Source of the DNA: Eledone cirrhosa
Taxonomy: Eukaryota
Assembly: GCA_964016885.1 (NCBI GenBank)
Contig: OZ024747.1
Coordinates: 77,996,001-78,060,000 of the forward strand
Reading direction: 5' to 3'
Length of the DNA stretch: 64,000 nucleotides
In this document: piece after piece, positions 1 to 11,519 of the stretch
How positions within the stretch are numbered: position 1 is the stretch's first letter
Layout of the letters: the number at the start of each line of letters is the position of its first letter
Translations under genes and position numbers: made by a program
The notes under the pieces: generated by a model
What the model saw: only the letters and a program-made list of their open reading frames with translations
What the model was told of the DNA's origin: nothing
The model's database searches: none

Positions 1-62
1 GAAACAATGGATGGTTCGCATCGGAAGTTAGTAAAAGCAGCGTATTTATGGAGCCTACATAC

Positions 63-248
63 CAGTGTAGAGAAAAGTGTTTGTATGACCACCAACCACA
101 ATATCAACACCAATCACTTCTCGTGCAATTCTTTTGTCTATATCAATCCCCGCGTGACCAAGGGCTATAATACGTGTGACCCCTTCTCTCCGAAGTTCTT
201 TCACCTCTCGTTTTACGCTTTCTACTTCATCCAAAAATTTAACAGGAG
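63..248 (-). CDS. NT5E: 5'-nucleotidase (NT5E/CD73-like) coding exon 3; gene continues beyond window start
   Basis: Translates (A)PVKFLDEVESVKREVKELRREGVTRIIALGHAGIDIDKRIAREVIGVDIVVGGHTNTFLYTG, with metal-ligand motifs ALGH and GGHT. Acceptor ...tttgtag (250-249), donor gtatgt (62-57). 186 nt, phase 1/1, compatible with exon 2. Confidence 0.93.
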
Positions 249-444
249 CTACAAATATATACAAGAAAATATAAATAAAATTATTATACGAGCAAATGAA
301 GGTTTTTAACATAAAAGGCTTTGGAAGGGGTCATCTCCACCTCAGTACTTGATTTGTACTTTATTCTATCGACCCCGGATTGGTGAAACATAAAGTGACA
401 GCGTAACATTAGATGGTATTTCGTCGTGTATCCTAGTGATCCTG

Positions 445-493
<49 letters not shown>

Positions 494-497
<4 letters not shown>

Positions 498-1107
498 AGG
501 AAACTATGGCTCACATTGTATCCGAGTGTAAACACCTAGCCCAGACTCACTATAAAGGCTGCAGACATGGTGTGATAGGCAGGGTGATCCACTGGCGTCT
601 ATGCAAAGTAAACAATTTATCACATTCTGAGAAATGGTATGGGCATAGGCCAGAGTCGGTGATAGAAAACGATCAGGTGAAGGTGCTATGGGATTTTAGG
701 ATACAGACGGACAAGAAATTAGAACACAATAGGCCTGACCTGATGATTTTGGACAAGGAAAAAAGATCGTGCCTGCCCATTTGACACAAGAGTGCAAGAA
801 AAGGAGAGGGAGAAAATTAACCGATACCAGTATTTAAAGTGGGAGTTAAAAAGGATTTGGAACTGCCATGAGATAAACGTCGTCCCGATTGTCATAGGCG
901 TACTAGGTACTATCTCAAAGAGTATCCAAAGATGGTTAAAGAAGATTAGTCCAGCCCCGTTTTTTGGAACACTTCAAAAGGCATGCTTGCTGGGAACAGC
1001 AAGAACCCTCCGATACGTCCTGAATGTCTGAGGCTGCAGGTAGTGGCTTGATATTCATTTCAACAAACTTTCCAGTTAAATAACATCAATGACTGAGACT
1101 CAAAGAA
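494..1107 (+). mobile_element. R4/Dong-clade LINE 3' fragment (restriction-like endonuclease), 5'-truncated, inserted in (TAA)n
   Basis: ETMAHIVSEC..RHG..WDFRIQTDKKLEHNRPDL..KEREKINRY..QKACLLGTARTLR across a frameshift. (AAT)n on both sides. Same family as 21219-21891. Confidence 0.85.
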
Positions 1108-1126
1108 CAATAATAATAATCATATC

Positions 1127-1620
1127 AATATATTAATTTCAAGAACGTCAGTATTCCGTGTGTCATAATTCTCGATTATCATTGGTTCATAGGTTTCAAA
1201 CGACTCCGCCCACCTCAACGACGCCAAACTTAAATGAATATGCATAATGCCAATGAGGGAGTGAGAGAGGAGAGTAAGAAACAGAGAGGCAAAGTGAACG
1301 CTGTAACTATTACCATGTGTGCGTGTGTATGTACGTGCGCGTATGTTTATGTGTGTGTGCGTGCCTGCAGCGTTCCACAAAAAGTAAAAGCAATTCGACT
1401 TTATCAAACAGTGAACTACAGCGGCGACGGCGTGCAGCCAGGAATGAAGAAAAACGGGCGGAACAGCGCCATTGCAACGCCAAACTTCAGAGGCGAAGAC
1501 GTGCCGCCATGAATGAAGAGGAGCTGGTTGAACAACGCCAACGAAACACTGGAGCCAAGCAGCGACGGCGTGCTGCGATGGTTGAAGACGAACTGGCTGA
1601 GCATCATGTTTTATATTAAT
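1127..1620 (+). mobile_element. Putative Helitron-related 5' fragment (Arg/Glu-rich repeats); first ~180 bp duplicated at ~1985-2150
   Basis: ORF repeats QRRRRAAxNEEExAEQR resemble the N-terminal repeats of Helitron Rep proteins. Direct repeat 1129-1305 / 1985-2150. Adjacent to a clear Helitron. Confidence 0.45.
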
Positions 1621-1622
1621 TA

Positions 1623-1982
1623 TCTATATCTAAATCTACATATAATATAAAAGATTGGAACTTCCATCATCCTTTTGAGAAACGTGGAACAGCCACGTCT
1701 ATGCAATGATAGACGTTTTACAGTCAGGCAGAAGATGAACCATCTCCTAGAGGTCACTATTCGAGGTGGGAGCACCTAGAATTGTTCATATACTATGCAC
1801 AAACGGTACAACGAAGAATCTGGTATATCTGGAAGATTTTTTTTTACTGTTTTCTGTATCACACAGACACCACGGACTCGCCTCATACTGTAACCAGACA
1901 AACATCCAATACAGTCATTTTCTCTTTTACCTGTCTTCTCTTATCATCTGTTTACCCGGGCGAAGCTGGGTACGTCAGCTAG
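1623..1982 (+). mobile_element. Non-autonomous Helitron carrying Pif1-helicase remnants
   Basis: 5' TCTATATC...TATAATATAAAAG. Internal KIGTSIILLRNVEQPRLCN..LEVTI and GAPRIVHILCTNGTTKNLVY resemble the Helitron helicase C-terminus. 3' hairpin TACCCGG-GCGAAG-CTGGGTA followed by CTAG|T at 1979-1983. Confidence 0.8.
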
Positions 1983-2587
1983 TATATATTAATTTCAACA
2001 ATGTCATTATTCCGTGTGTCATAATTCTCAATTATCATTGGTTCATAGGTTTCAAACGACTCCGCTCACCTCAACGACGCCAAACTTAAATTAATATGCA
2101 TAATGCCAATGAGGGAGTGAGAGGGGAGAGAGAGGCAAAGTGAACGCTGTGTTTGGATACAATATGTATATGTGTCAGTGTAGAGACATGTGTGTGTGTG
2201 GAAATAAGAGGAGAAGGAAAGCAATAACAGTTGAATAGGAGGTTAATTATATGTACAAACAGTGATAATGCTCCAAGAACTCCAAGCTTAAGTTTGGAAG
2301 AAACAATTGTCAGCGATTAAATGTTTTAAACATAACTTTGATACTTGTGTAATCTATATATATATATTTCGTTTCTGAATTTGTTTAGCAAGATTCTTTA
2401 TCTGAAATCGTGTGTTGAAACCGATATTGTTATACTTTGGGAGGGTCATGTTGCCAATAAGAAACACACGCACCAGTTGCTTTCACTTCAGTTTATTATA
2501 ATAAATTTATAATAAATTTATAAATTTATAAATTTATAAATTTCTGGTTGGTTGGTTGGTTCCACAACCAGATAGTTGTTTATATAT

Positions 2588-2632
2588 AGTCATAGTTCTT
2601 TCGTCACACACTCTGTGACCTCTTCAGTGACT
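2588..2632 (-). ncRNA. Minimal type I hammerhead ribozyme in Penelope pseudo-LTR
   Basis: Minus strand: AGTCA-CTGAAGA-g-GTCACA-gagtg-TGTGAC-GAAA-GAAC-TA-TGACT. Helix I (AGTCA/TGACT) and helix II pair perfectly. Confidence 0.8.
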
Positions 2633-2834
2633 GGGGATTCCTTTCTTTGTTTCTGTGCCTCTCCTTTGTTCTGTCCTACGCCATTTTGTTTCTGTGTGTG
2701 TGTGTTGTGTGCTCAGTCTGCGCATGCGCCACATCCGGGTGTCTGTGTGTGTTTATGTTCATTTATTTATTTGTTTATTTACATGTTACTGGTTGGTTGT
2801 TTGTTCTATGTGTGTTTGTGTTTTCATTTTGTCC

Positions 2835-4124
2835 TTAATTGTAAGTTGTGATGTTGCTGTTCCACTCATATTTTCTATTTAATTTTGGTTGTAATTCTTT
2901 TATGTTTATTGCCTCTGTAATTTGTCTAAACATTGCGTCTTTTCTGTGTGTAGATTCTATTTTTATTTCTATGTTCTCTAATTTACCCTTGTGTTCTATT
3001 TTAGCATGTTGGTAGAGTACAGATGATTCTTTATTATCTTGAAGGTCTCGCCAGTGTTCATTTATACGTTCCCCTACACTACGAGCTGTCTCACCTATGT
3101 ACACTATATTTTTGTCTCTACATTGTCCTTCAGTACATCTTATGCTATACACTACATTTCTAGTTTTACAGTTAATATGGGGGCTTATTTTACAGGTTAT
3201 ACATTTCTTATCTATACATGAGGGTCTTTGAAAAGGGTATGTCTTGCTAATAAGTGTTTTTACGGAGGTACCTGGTCTTTCTACTATCTTAATATTGAGT
3301 TTATGTTTATTTAGTGCCCTTCTAAATTTGTAAGCTAATTCACCTCTAGGGGTTGTATCGATGAACATTACACTCTGGTATTTATTGCTATCATACCATG
3401 AGTTTATTCTATTAGCCTTGTTCCTAGTTCTTTCTATTCTATTCCAAAATTTGCTCCTATACAAGGGGCAGGTCCCATTTATGTCATTATTTACCATTTT
3501 TTCCCATTTGGTTCTGGCTCCTCTATACACTCTGATTTTATCTCTCTGATTGTAGCCAGAGAACTGCATACGGTGGATGAAGTGTTGTATGTGTCTCTCT
3601 AGTTCTTCGGGGTTGCACATGCGGGACACATTTCTCATCACCCGTACCAAATCCGCAATCAGTATGTTGATTTTGGTATGGTCCGAAACGGCCGAGTTTC
3701 GGTGGATCAGATGTTTGGAAGTCATGGGTTTGGCATAATGGGAATGGAGGATTTGTTTTTTGTTGTTAATGGTATCTAACCAGAGCTCTGTGTCTAGTAC
3801 AGGTAATCGATGGTTGGGGTGTTTACTTGGGTAGTCTATAGTAACTCTAATGCTCTTGTGGATGGAGTTTGCTATTTGCTGGATGCTTTCCATTGTGTTT
3901 TTCTCTAGTTCCTGACTGTTCTCTAGTGGGGGTGTCTTAACTACGATGTTTATATCATCTACGTAGCGGGAGTACATTATCAGGGTTAAGGGGTCTTCTA
4001 ATTGTTCTTTAAGTTTAAGTTTAAGTCTACTGTCCCACCATACCATGAATAAGTTAGCTATGTCGCCTGCAATGCTAACACCAATGGCTGCTCCTTCCTC
4101 TTGGGCATATGTTTTTCCATTAAA
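2835..4124 (-). pseudogene. Penelope RT/GIY-YIG ORF (open but N-terminally truncated)
   Basis: Uninterrupted reading frame from FNGKTY to stop at 2835. The predicted upstream residues come from the inverted segment, not true N-terminus. Confidence 0.85.
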
Positions 4125-5466
4125 TGCTGGTCTTGTAGGGCACAGGTTGCTAAGGTCATATGACCTTAGCAACCTGTGCCCTACAAGACCAGCAAGAGGC
4201 AGATCACCTACCATTACCTCAATGGCCAAGAAAACCCACACAGATAGATGGAACGGGTGGACCAGAGCCATACGGACACCCGAAAACCACGATGAACTGA
4301 AGAAAATGATTGCACATGCGGTAGGGGCCAGCATAAAACTAACCCTTAAGGAACATATGTTCAAATATATATATATTCCTGATGATTTGAATGTTTGTTA
4401 TAGTAATGGATTGTAATTGATTGTAACCATTACAATCCACTACTATAACAAACATTCAATACAAATATAACTTAACATATGTAATGGATGTGATATCTAT
4501 AACTTTCATATTCTACACACATACAAATTTGAACTATACAGAAAATATCATCGCATTATATCCCCCATAATACATATTCGCTTAAAGCGCTTGTATTTTA
4601 TGTAATACCTTGCCATACAGTATTCATATATGCATAATACATTTGCTTGTTCCATTCCTTTATATATGACTAACGCATGTACTATCTCTTTAATTATTAG
4701 ACTATTCTCTTGTATTATCTGTCGCATGTATTCCACCCTGTGCTTTTAATTTTAATTTTAATTATTGTACAATTCTCGTATAATATATGTCGCATATATA
4801 TGTCGCATAATATATGTCAAGAAACAGAGCTAAGCCTCTTATAACCCTGAAAAGTCTGTGTGTTTCTCTATATATTGTTTATAACTCCCTTTGGTCGAGT
4901 AACCGTTGAAGTGTAGTGACTGCTGGAAAGCTTCCATTACTCATACTTCTTGCCCCCTTAACCACCTCTTCTACGGCCTCGATATAAGTACCCCCTCCGC
5001 CTCCGTGGTATTTTTTCAGGGTTATAAGAGGCTTAGCTCTGTTTCTTGACCGCTGTATCACGTGATTGACTCCCCTCCGCCTTTCGGGATTCTATCTCGC
5101 ATCTTACGGACGTGTTTTGAAACCCTTAATGAGGTATCCTCTTGATAAGTCGACAGACCTCACAAAAATTCTATATCTCTGTGATGTAGTGTTTTTGCAT
5201 ATGCCACGAAACTACGTAGTCGAGGAATTTAGAAGCAGTTTAGGTATGATATATCTTATTACTAATTATATCTAATGTTTCTTCTCTCTTCATAATGTAT
5301 TATATAGCTCTGATACTGAATCAGTCTAATCCATTCGGATTGGTCTGTCCCAGTTATTCATAGAGCAACATCGCTTGAGGTTGGCACCACTAACTCAAGG
5401 ATATATGTGGATATATTCATGTATATGTATGTGTCCGCATGTGTCTGTGTGTTTCTCTATATATTG

Positions 5467-5499
<33 letters not shown>

Positions 5500-5501
<2 letters not shown>

Positions 5502-6003
5502 GAGTGAGTTTCTTGGTGAGTGTCCAAGTCTCAGACCCATACAGCAGCACAGACTCCACTACAGCAATGAAGAGGCGGATTTTCAGGTCTCTACAAAGGT
5601 CCGACTTCCACACCGATCAGATGGTGGATGGGTGCTACACGAGAATGCTGAGGATAGCTCTGAACATTAATCAGTATACACTGAGGATGAAAAACTCAGA
5701 GCTGTGTGGGAGCATCCCAAAAGTCAGCTCAAAAGTGACACAGAGGAGACTGAGGTTAGCTGGACATGCTCACCGACATCCAGAGTTGACATTGCACTCA
5801 GTACTCCTTTGGGAGCCCCTACATGGACACACTAGAAGAGGAAGACCAAGGTTAACGTATGTTGATGCCCTAAGGACAGACACTGGTCTGTTGGAGATGC
5901 AGGACATGGCAGCGATAATGAGGGACAGAGACCGCTGGAGAGAACTCGTCCATGGATCTCGGGAATTTTACCCGCCCTAGATAGATAGATAGATAGATAG
6001 ATA
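5500..6003 (+). mobile_element. RTE-group LINE 3' fragment with 5' inversion and (GATA)n tail
   Basis: Minus 5613-5500 reads KIRLFIAVVESVLLYGSETWTLTKKLTQ. It continues on plus from ~5617 as QMVDGCYTRMLR..RRLRLAGH..RRGRPRLTY..DRDRWR. (TAGA)n at 5978-6003. Confidence 0.85.
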
Positions 6004-6546
6004 TGAATGTACGTGTGTGTGTAATAGGTGAATTAGCCGAACCGTTAGAGCATCAGATATAATTCTTTGTTGTGTTTGTTCTCACTCTAAGTTGAAATCT
6101 TGTCGAGGTTAACTTTTCCTGTCCTCCTTTCGGGGTCGATTAATAAACATCTACGGGTGGAGGACGGGTGGGATTGCTAGAGGGTCAGACAAGATGCTTT
6201 GTAGTATATGTTCGAGTTTTTTGTACATATAAACACGAATCATCACAAAATTTGACAGCGAAATTTCAGAACTATTCGAGAATATTCCACGAACAAAAGA
6301 TATCCAAAGGTGATATTCCTTTCCCGCTTCCCCGGGGTAAACAAGAAATCATGCAAAGATATGTACAAAGACTAAATGTTCTAATGGAGTAGGAGTGAGA
6401 GAAAGAAGAAACATATGCAGATAAGGATGAGTATTCTAACACGGGACATTCTATATAATTCAGAAATATTCTAAAATATATTTTTGACGTCAAATTCTAT
6501 CATCTTTCTTCTCCTTTATCCTCCCTTGAATCTTTCCATTTCTATA

Positions 6547-6800
6547 TTCGGCTGAGGAGGCCAAACTCTCCAAGTACCGGTCGCTCTCCGTCAGGCTCGC
6601 AGTCGTGCCCTTGGCAGTGGAGACTTCTGGTGTCCTTGGCCCTAGGGCTACCTCCCTATTCACCATCATAGGCGCTGAGCTATCCAGCCGCGGGTGTGAG
6701 CCTCGCGAGTTGGAATGGCTCTTCCAGCGCATCTCCCTTACCATCCTCCGGGAAAACGCCTTCTCCATCCTGTCCGCCGGGGCTGTGGGGTGGCCAGCAC
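6547..6800 (+). mobile_element. CRE-clade LINE 3' fragment
   Basis: PLAVETSGVLGP..WLFQRISLTILRENA. Nearly identical to the 3' end of the 29480-30500 element. Confidence 0.8.
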
Positions 6801-6952
6801 GTGGGACTCCATTTTCTCACCATACGGATTAATAGACAAAGTTATAAACTATTGTAAATAAAAAGTGTACAAAACTGTCTTAGAAACTCTTCAACACTAA
6901 CACACACTAAAAAAGGAAAAATAAAAATAAAAAGGATAAAATATAACTTTAC

Positions 6953-7163
6953 CGGGGAAAGAAATCGAGGCGGTGTCGACCGTGATGTATCCAACTATTC
7001 CAACGAGATGTCCGCCAACACGTAACGTGGTTCGTTTAACTACTGTTTTCATTTCACTGATTCCACGCGTGTCTATATTGGCACATACAACAGGGAATGT
7101 TACATTTTCCAAAAATGGCTCAAGTCCAATTACGCCCGAGTCAAATTCGTGGTTACCAAGAGA
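6953..7163 (-). CDS. NT5E: 5'-nucleotidase (NT5E/CD73-like) coding exon 2
   Basis: Translates SLGNHEFDSGVIGLEPFLENVTFPVVCANID...VGIVGYITVDTASISFP, with the GNHEFD catalytic motif. Acceptor ...ctttctag (7165-7164), donor gtaaag (6952-6947). 211 nt, phase 0/1. Confidence 0.94.
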
Positions 7164-7271
7164 CTAGAAAGAAAGAATATGATAAACATATGAGTAAATA
7201 AGACATCGATTTATCCCACTCTCTTATAGATAGCGATCAATTAAGTCAATCGCTTTTGACCTTTTGGTATA

Positions 7272-7489
7272 ATGGTTTCTGATTTAGGCACATGGCCAAC
7301 AATTTTGGGGGAGGAGAAGATCAATTAAATCGACCCCAGTGCGTTACTGGTATTTTATTTTATCGACCTCGTAAGGAGGAAAGGCAAAGCTAACCTCGGC
7401 AGAATTTGAAGTCAGAAGTAAAGGGACGTAACTATATGCCACAAAGCATGTTGTTCAATGCTCTAACGACTCTGCCAATCCACCGCCCT
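7272..7489 (-). mobile_element. tRNA-derived SINE, family A
   Basis: GGGCGGTGGATTGGCAGAGTCG head, TTCAAATT B-box-like, central GCCTTTC..GTCGATAAAATAAAATACCAG, and 3' GGCCxTGTGCC..AGAAAC. Dozens of copies in the window. Confidence 0.8.
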
Positions 7490-7528
7490 TACAGTATCAT
7501 GAGGAAGTTTATCAACGCTACCAAAACC

Positions 7529-7620
7529 TAGAACAGGGAAATATGGAACATATCTAAGTACCTCGTCAAACTTGTGGTTACCAAGACAAAATATGAGTAA
7601 AGAGATATTGATTTATTCCA
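7529..7620 (-). pseudogene. Decayed partial duplicate of NT5E exon 2 and its upstream intron
   Basis: Minus strand reads CLGNHKFDE..FPVL versus SLGNHEFDS..FPVV in exon 2. Flanking ATATGAGTAAA..GATTTAT matches 7188-7215. Confidence 0.6.
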
Positions 7621-7769
7621 TGAATTATTGTATATAAGAACTCGTAACTCCTGGTGGAGTGGTAGGGACGTCGTTCTGACATACAGTCAGCCTGTCGCCT
7701 CTCCAGACCGGAACAATTTCTTGCAGAGAATGGTAAAGAGAATGGGAGGACGCCGGAAAGAGATGTAGA

Positions 7770-8580
7770 GAAATAATCGACTCCAGTACTGAACTAGTAC
7801 GTTTTTTTATCGACCCCGAAAGGATGAAAGGCAAAGTTGACTTAAGTGGGATTTGAACTCAGAGATCAGAGAGCTGGAATGAATACGACAGAGCATTCTA
7901 TCCGAGGTTCTAACCACTCTGCCACTTCGCCAGCTCACACGCATTAACTTTGCCTTTCGTCCTTACGGGGTCTATAAAATAAAGTACCAGTAATGCACTG
8001 GGGTAATTGCTGGCCTTGTGTCAAAAGTAGAAACAATTATTACACAAATTTTCTTTTCCTAATAACATAAATCCCTCTGTATCAAAAGGATTTTATGTTC
8101 AATTGTGAAACACATTTGTGGATCGATGTAGAGACGACCATTAAAGGTTATGTACCTTCACCCTGGATACAAAGTTGCATCAGTCACAGTACATGAACTG
8201 GAAACCTCCCGGGCCAGTTCTCTTGAACTCTGTTTCACTCAAAACAGTGTTGTTTATGATTTAAGACCATAAGTTTTATTGATTGTTTTGTTTAGGGCGA
8301 GGGAAAATTATATTAATTAAATCAAAAATCTATTGTTGCCGTTGTTGTTGTTGGTCATGATTGAGCAGACCTACGTTCCTCAACGACTATCTCGTGTGGT
8401 GGATTGGCAGTATCAGTAGAGGGTCAGATGTCATGCTTTGCAGCAAAGAATTACGGCCCTTTATGGTCTGAGTTCAAATCCCGCCGAGGTTAACTTTGCA
8501 TTTCATCCTTATGAAATAAAGCACCAGTAATACACTGGGATAATTGCTGGCCTTGTGCCAAAAGTAGAAACAATTATTAC
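7770..8580. mobile_element. Cluster of family A SINE copies (7770-7935 -, 7945-8040 +, 8395-8580 +)
   Basis: Same head, central domain and tail motifs as other family A copies. Confidence 0.75.
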
Positions 8581-8779
8581 TGGATGTGTTCTTCCTTTGT
8601 AAAGCGGTAGGGTGTGATAAAAAAGAGAGTTGGCTACTATATTGGGAAAGTCGACCATTCAAATTTTTAGGGTTCCCTCATCAACAGCTGGGGAAATAAA
8701 AGAACCACTAATAACCCTGCTACGTCATTCATTCCTTCAGTTGCTAGATATTACCCTTTACCCAACCACTTATCCTCTG

Positions 8780-9760
<981 letters not shown>

Positions 9761-10024
9761 AGTTCTATATATATACTATATCAGTAAGAAAGCCTCTGTG
9801 GGGTCACACAATCTTCTAGAGAGATGAATCACTTCTCTTTGTATAGAGTGTGTACCCGTTTGAACCAACTGCAGTATATTGATATTGATATTTATTTTAT
9901 GAGTAACAAAGAGTTGGGTGGGGAGAAGAAAAGTGTGAATTTGAACAGGAGTTGTTGACAATCTTAGATGAAATTAATCCGACACTCAACCGTTGTAGCA
10001 AGTTCATCAGCCAATATAGTTTGT

Positions 10025-10235
10025 CGATCAACTTTCGTCAACTCGGACCGAGGAAACAATGTTTCCGTTGGTCTTTCCAATTGCTAATACTATCTATCGG
10101 TCGCAACTCCAGGTAGAAGGAGCAACGTGAAATAAAGTGTCTTGCTCAAGGACATAACGCGTCGCCCAGTCCAGGAATCGAACTCACAACCTCACGATTG
10201 CGAATCCAGTTCTCTAACCAATCAGCCACACGCCT
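10025..10235 (-). mobile_element. tRNA-derived SINE, family B (GTCCTTGAGCAAGACACTTTATTTCAC core)
   Basis: Reverse complement closely matches 40363-40572 and 60235-60420. tRNA-like A/B boxes TGGCTGAxTGG and GAGTTCGATTC. Confidence 0.8.
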
Positions 10236-10288
10236 TCACTCATCATCCAATGTGTGTTTATAATATCCTGATTTCTGATGTTTAAGAG

Positions 10289-10459
10289 CAGACATGTCAA
10301 ACTGAGGGTACCTCAAGGGCTACACACGACAACTAATTGCTCACATTGCAACTAATTTTTAAAAATTTTATATTACGAAGATAAAACATGCTCGCGCTGT
10401 AAAAACCTTTGAGCGGGCCGCGGGTGTACTTGTAAAGGGCCGCATGTTTGACATGTCTG
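10289..10459. mobile_element. hAT (Charlie-like) MITE
   Basis: 14-bp TIRs CAGACATGTCAAAC / GTTTGACATGTCTG, 8-bp TSD TTTAAGAG / TTTTAGAG (1 mismatch), subterminal GGGCCGC motifs. Confidence 0.8.
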
Positions 10460-10877
10460 TTTTAGAGAGAGTAATGTAGGCGATTATATCGACTTTTAAT
10501 ATAGGTAGAAGGCCGCCAGAAATGTTATGGATGGAGACAGAACCATCTAAGTAGCATTATAGCCACCCCCCATCTCCCGATTGGACGGTAGATATTAGGA
10601 AAATCGTTAGAGCGTCTGACAAAATGCTTTATGACATTTATATTCTGGTTTCAAATTCATCCTCTCGGGGTGTTGATAAAATAAAGTACCAGTCACGTAC
10701 TGGGTCGTTATAATTGACTTCCTTTCCCTATAAATCGTTGCCTAAATGAGAATCCATTAGAGGCCTCCGAGCAAAGCAATTACATACACAATTACAGAAT
10801 ACACAGATTAGCGGGCCCCTTAGACGGGGATTGATTTAATCGACAAAATTGTTGGCCTTGTGCCTAAATCAGAAACC

Positions 10878-10955
10878 ATGGCTTTTTGTGGGCTTTCTTC
10901 ACGAGCGACCCTCGAAAGTCTCCCAACCCTTGTGGTTAATAAAGAAAACATTATT
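10878..10955 (+). mobile_element. Short 3' remnant of the Tx1-like LINE, directly behind a SINE 3' end
   Basis: GGCTTTTTGTGGGCTTTCTTCAC..GAAAGTCTCCC..CCCTTGTGGTTAATAAAGAAAACATTATT matches the 3' UTR and terminus of 15155-15365 (reverse complement). Confidence 0.75.
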
Positions 10956-11519
10956 TTGAAAAAGGAGATCGGTCGGAAAATTCTCTGTCTGTAACAACCC
11001 CCCCCCCCTCCCACCAATGTGTTTTAGTAGTTCAACAGCGTATTGACACTAGTTGGTCAATCTAAAATGATCTAAGTCACCCACCAACAACAACAATTAT
11101 GCGACAGCGATACACGATACACCACCATCACCGCAAGGAAAAGGGCCTCAGTTTGAGAGGTGTGGAGGCAGAAAACGTTTGTATCTAGAGTCAGGAAGGA
11201 AAACGATGCAAAGATCCAATCTATTACCCCCATTAAGAGTGAAGAAATCCTCTTCAAACCGATCTATATGGACAAACCTATTTCAAATGAGGGGGTGGTG
11301 GATGTATCACCAAAGATAAGCATTGTAACAACTATCTTGGAAAATTGGGAGGACAATGAAAACATCATCGAAATTCACAGACAAAAATATTTCGAGAAAT
11401 ACCCGGAAGACTAATATTTCAATGGGACTTCCGCTTTCTGTTCCTTTCCTGTCCGGCGCTAAAATCTTTAACCAACATGTTAGACAAGAGTAAATTCAAA
11501 CATAAATGCTATGAGATGA

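Larger units (their letters stand above)
2366..4365 (-). mobile_element. Penelope-like element (RT + GIY-YIG), 5'-truncated, with inverted 5' segment and 3' pseudo-LTR
   Basis: FNGKTYAQEEGAAIG, SRYVDDI, LPVLDT and GIY-YIG VVYSIRC..YIGETARSVGERINEH..EAINI..LN motifs. 3' region 2366-2790 recurs at ~39820-40240 and contains a hammerhead ribozyme. Confidence 0.92.

Noticed and set aside
4125-4364. Hydrophobic N-terminus of the 509-aa Penelope ORF
   Set aside because: It is the antisense translation of an inverted RT segment, not a real leader or membrane domain.
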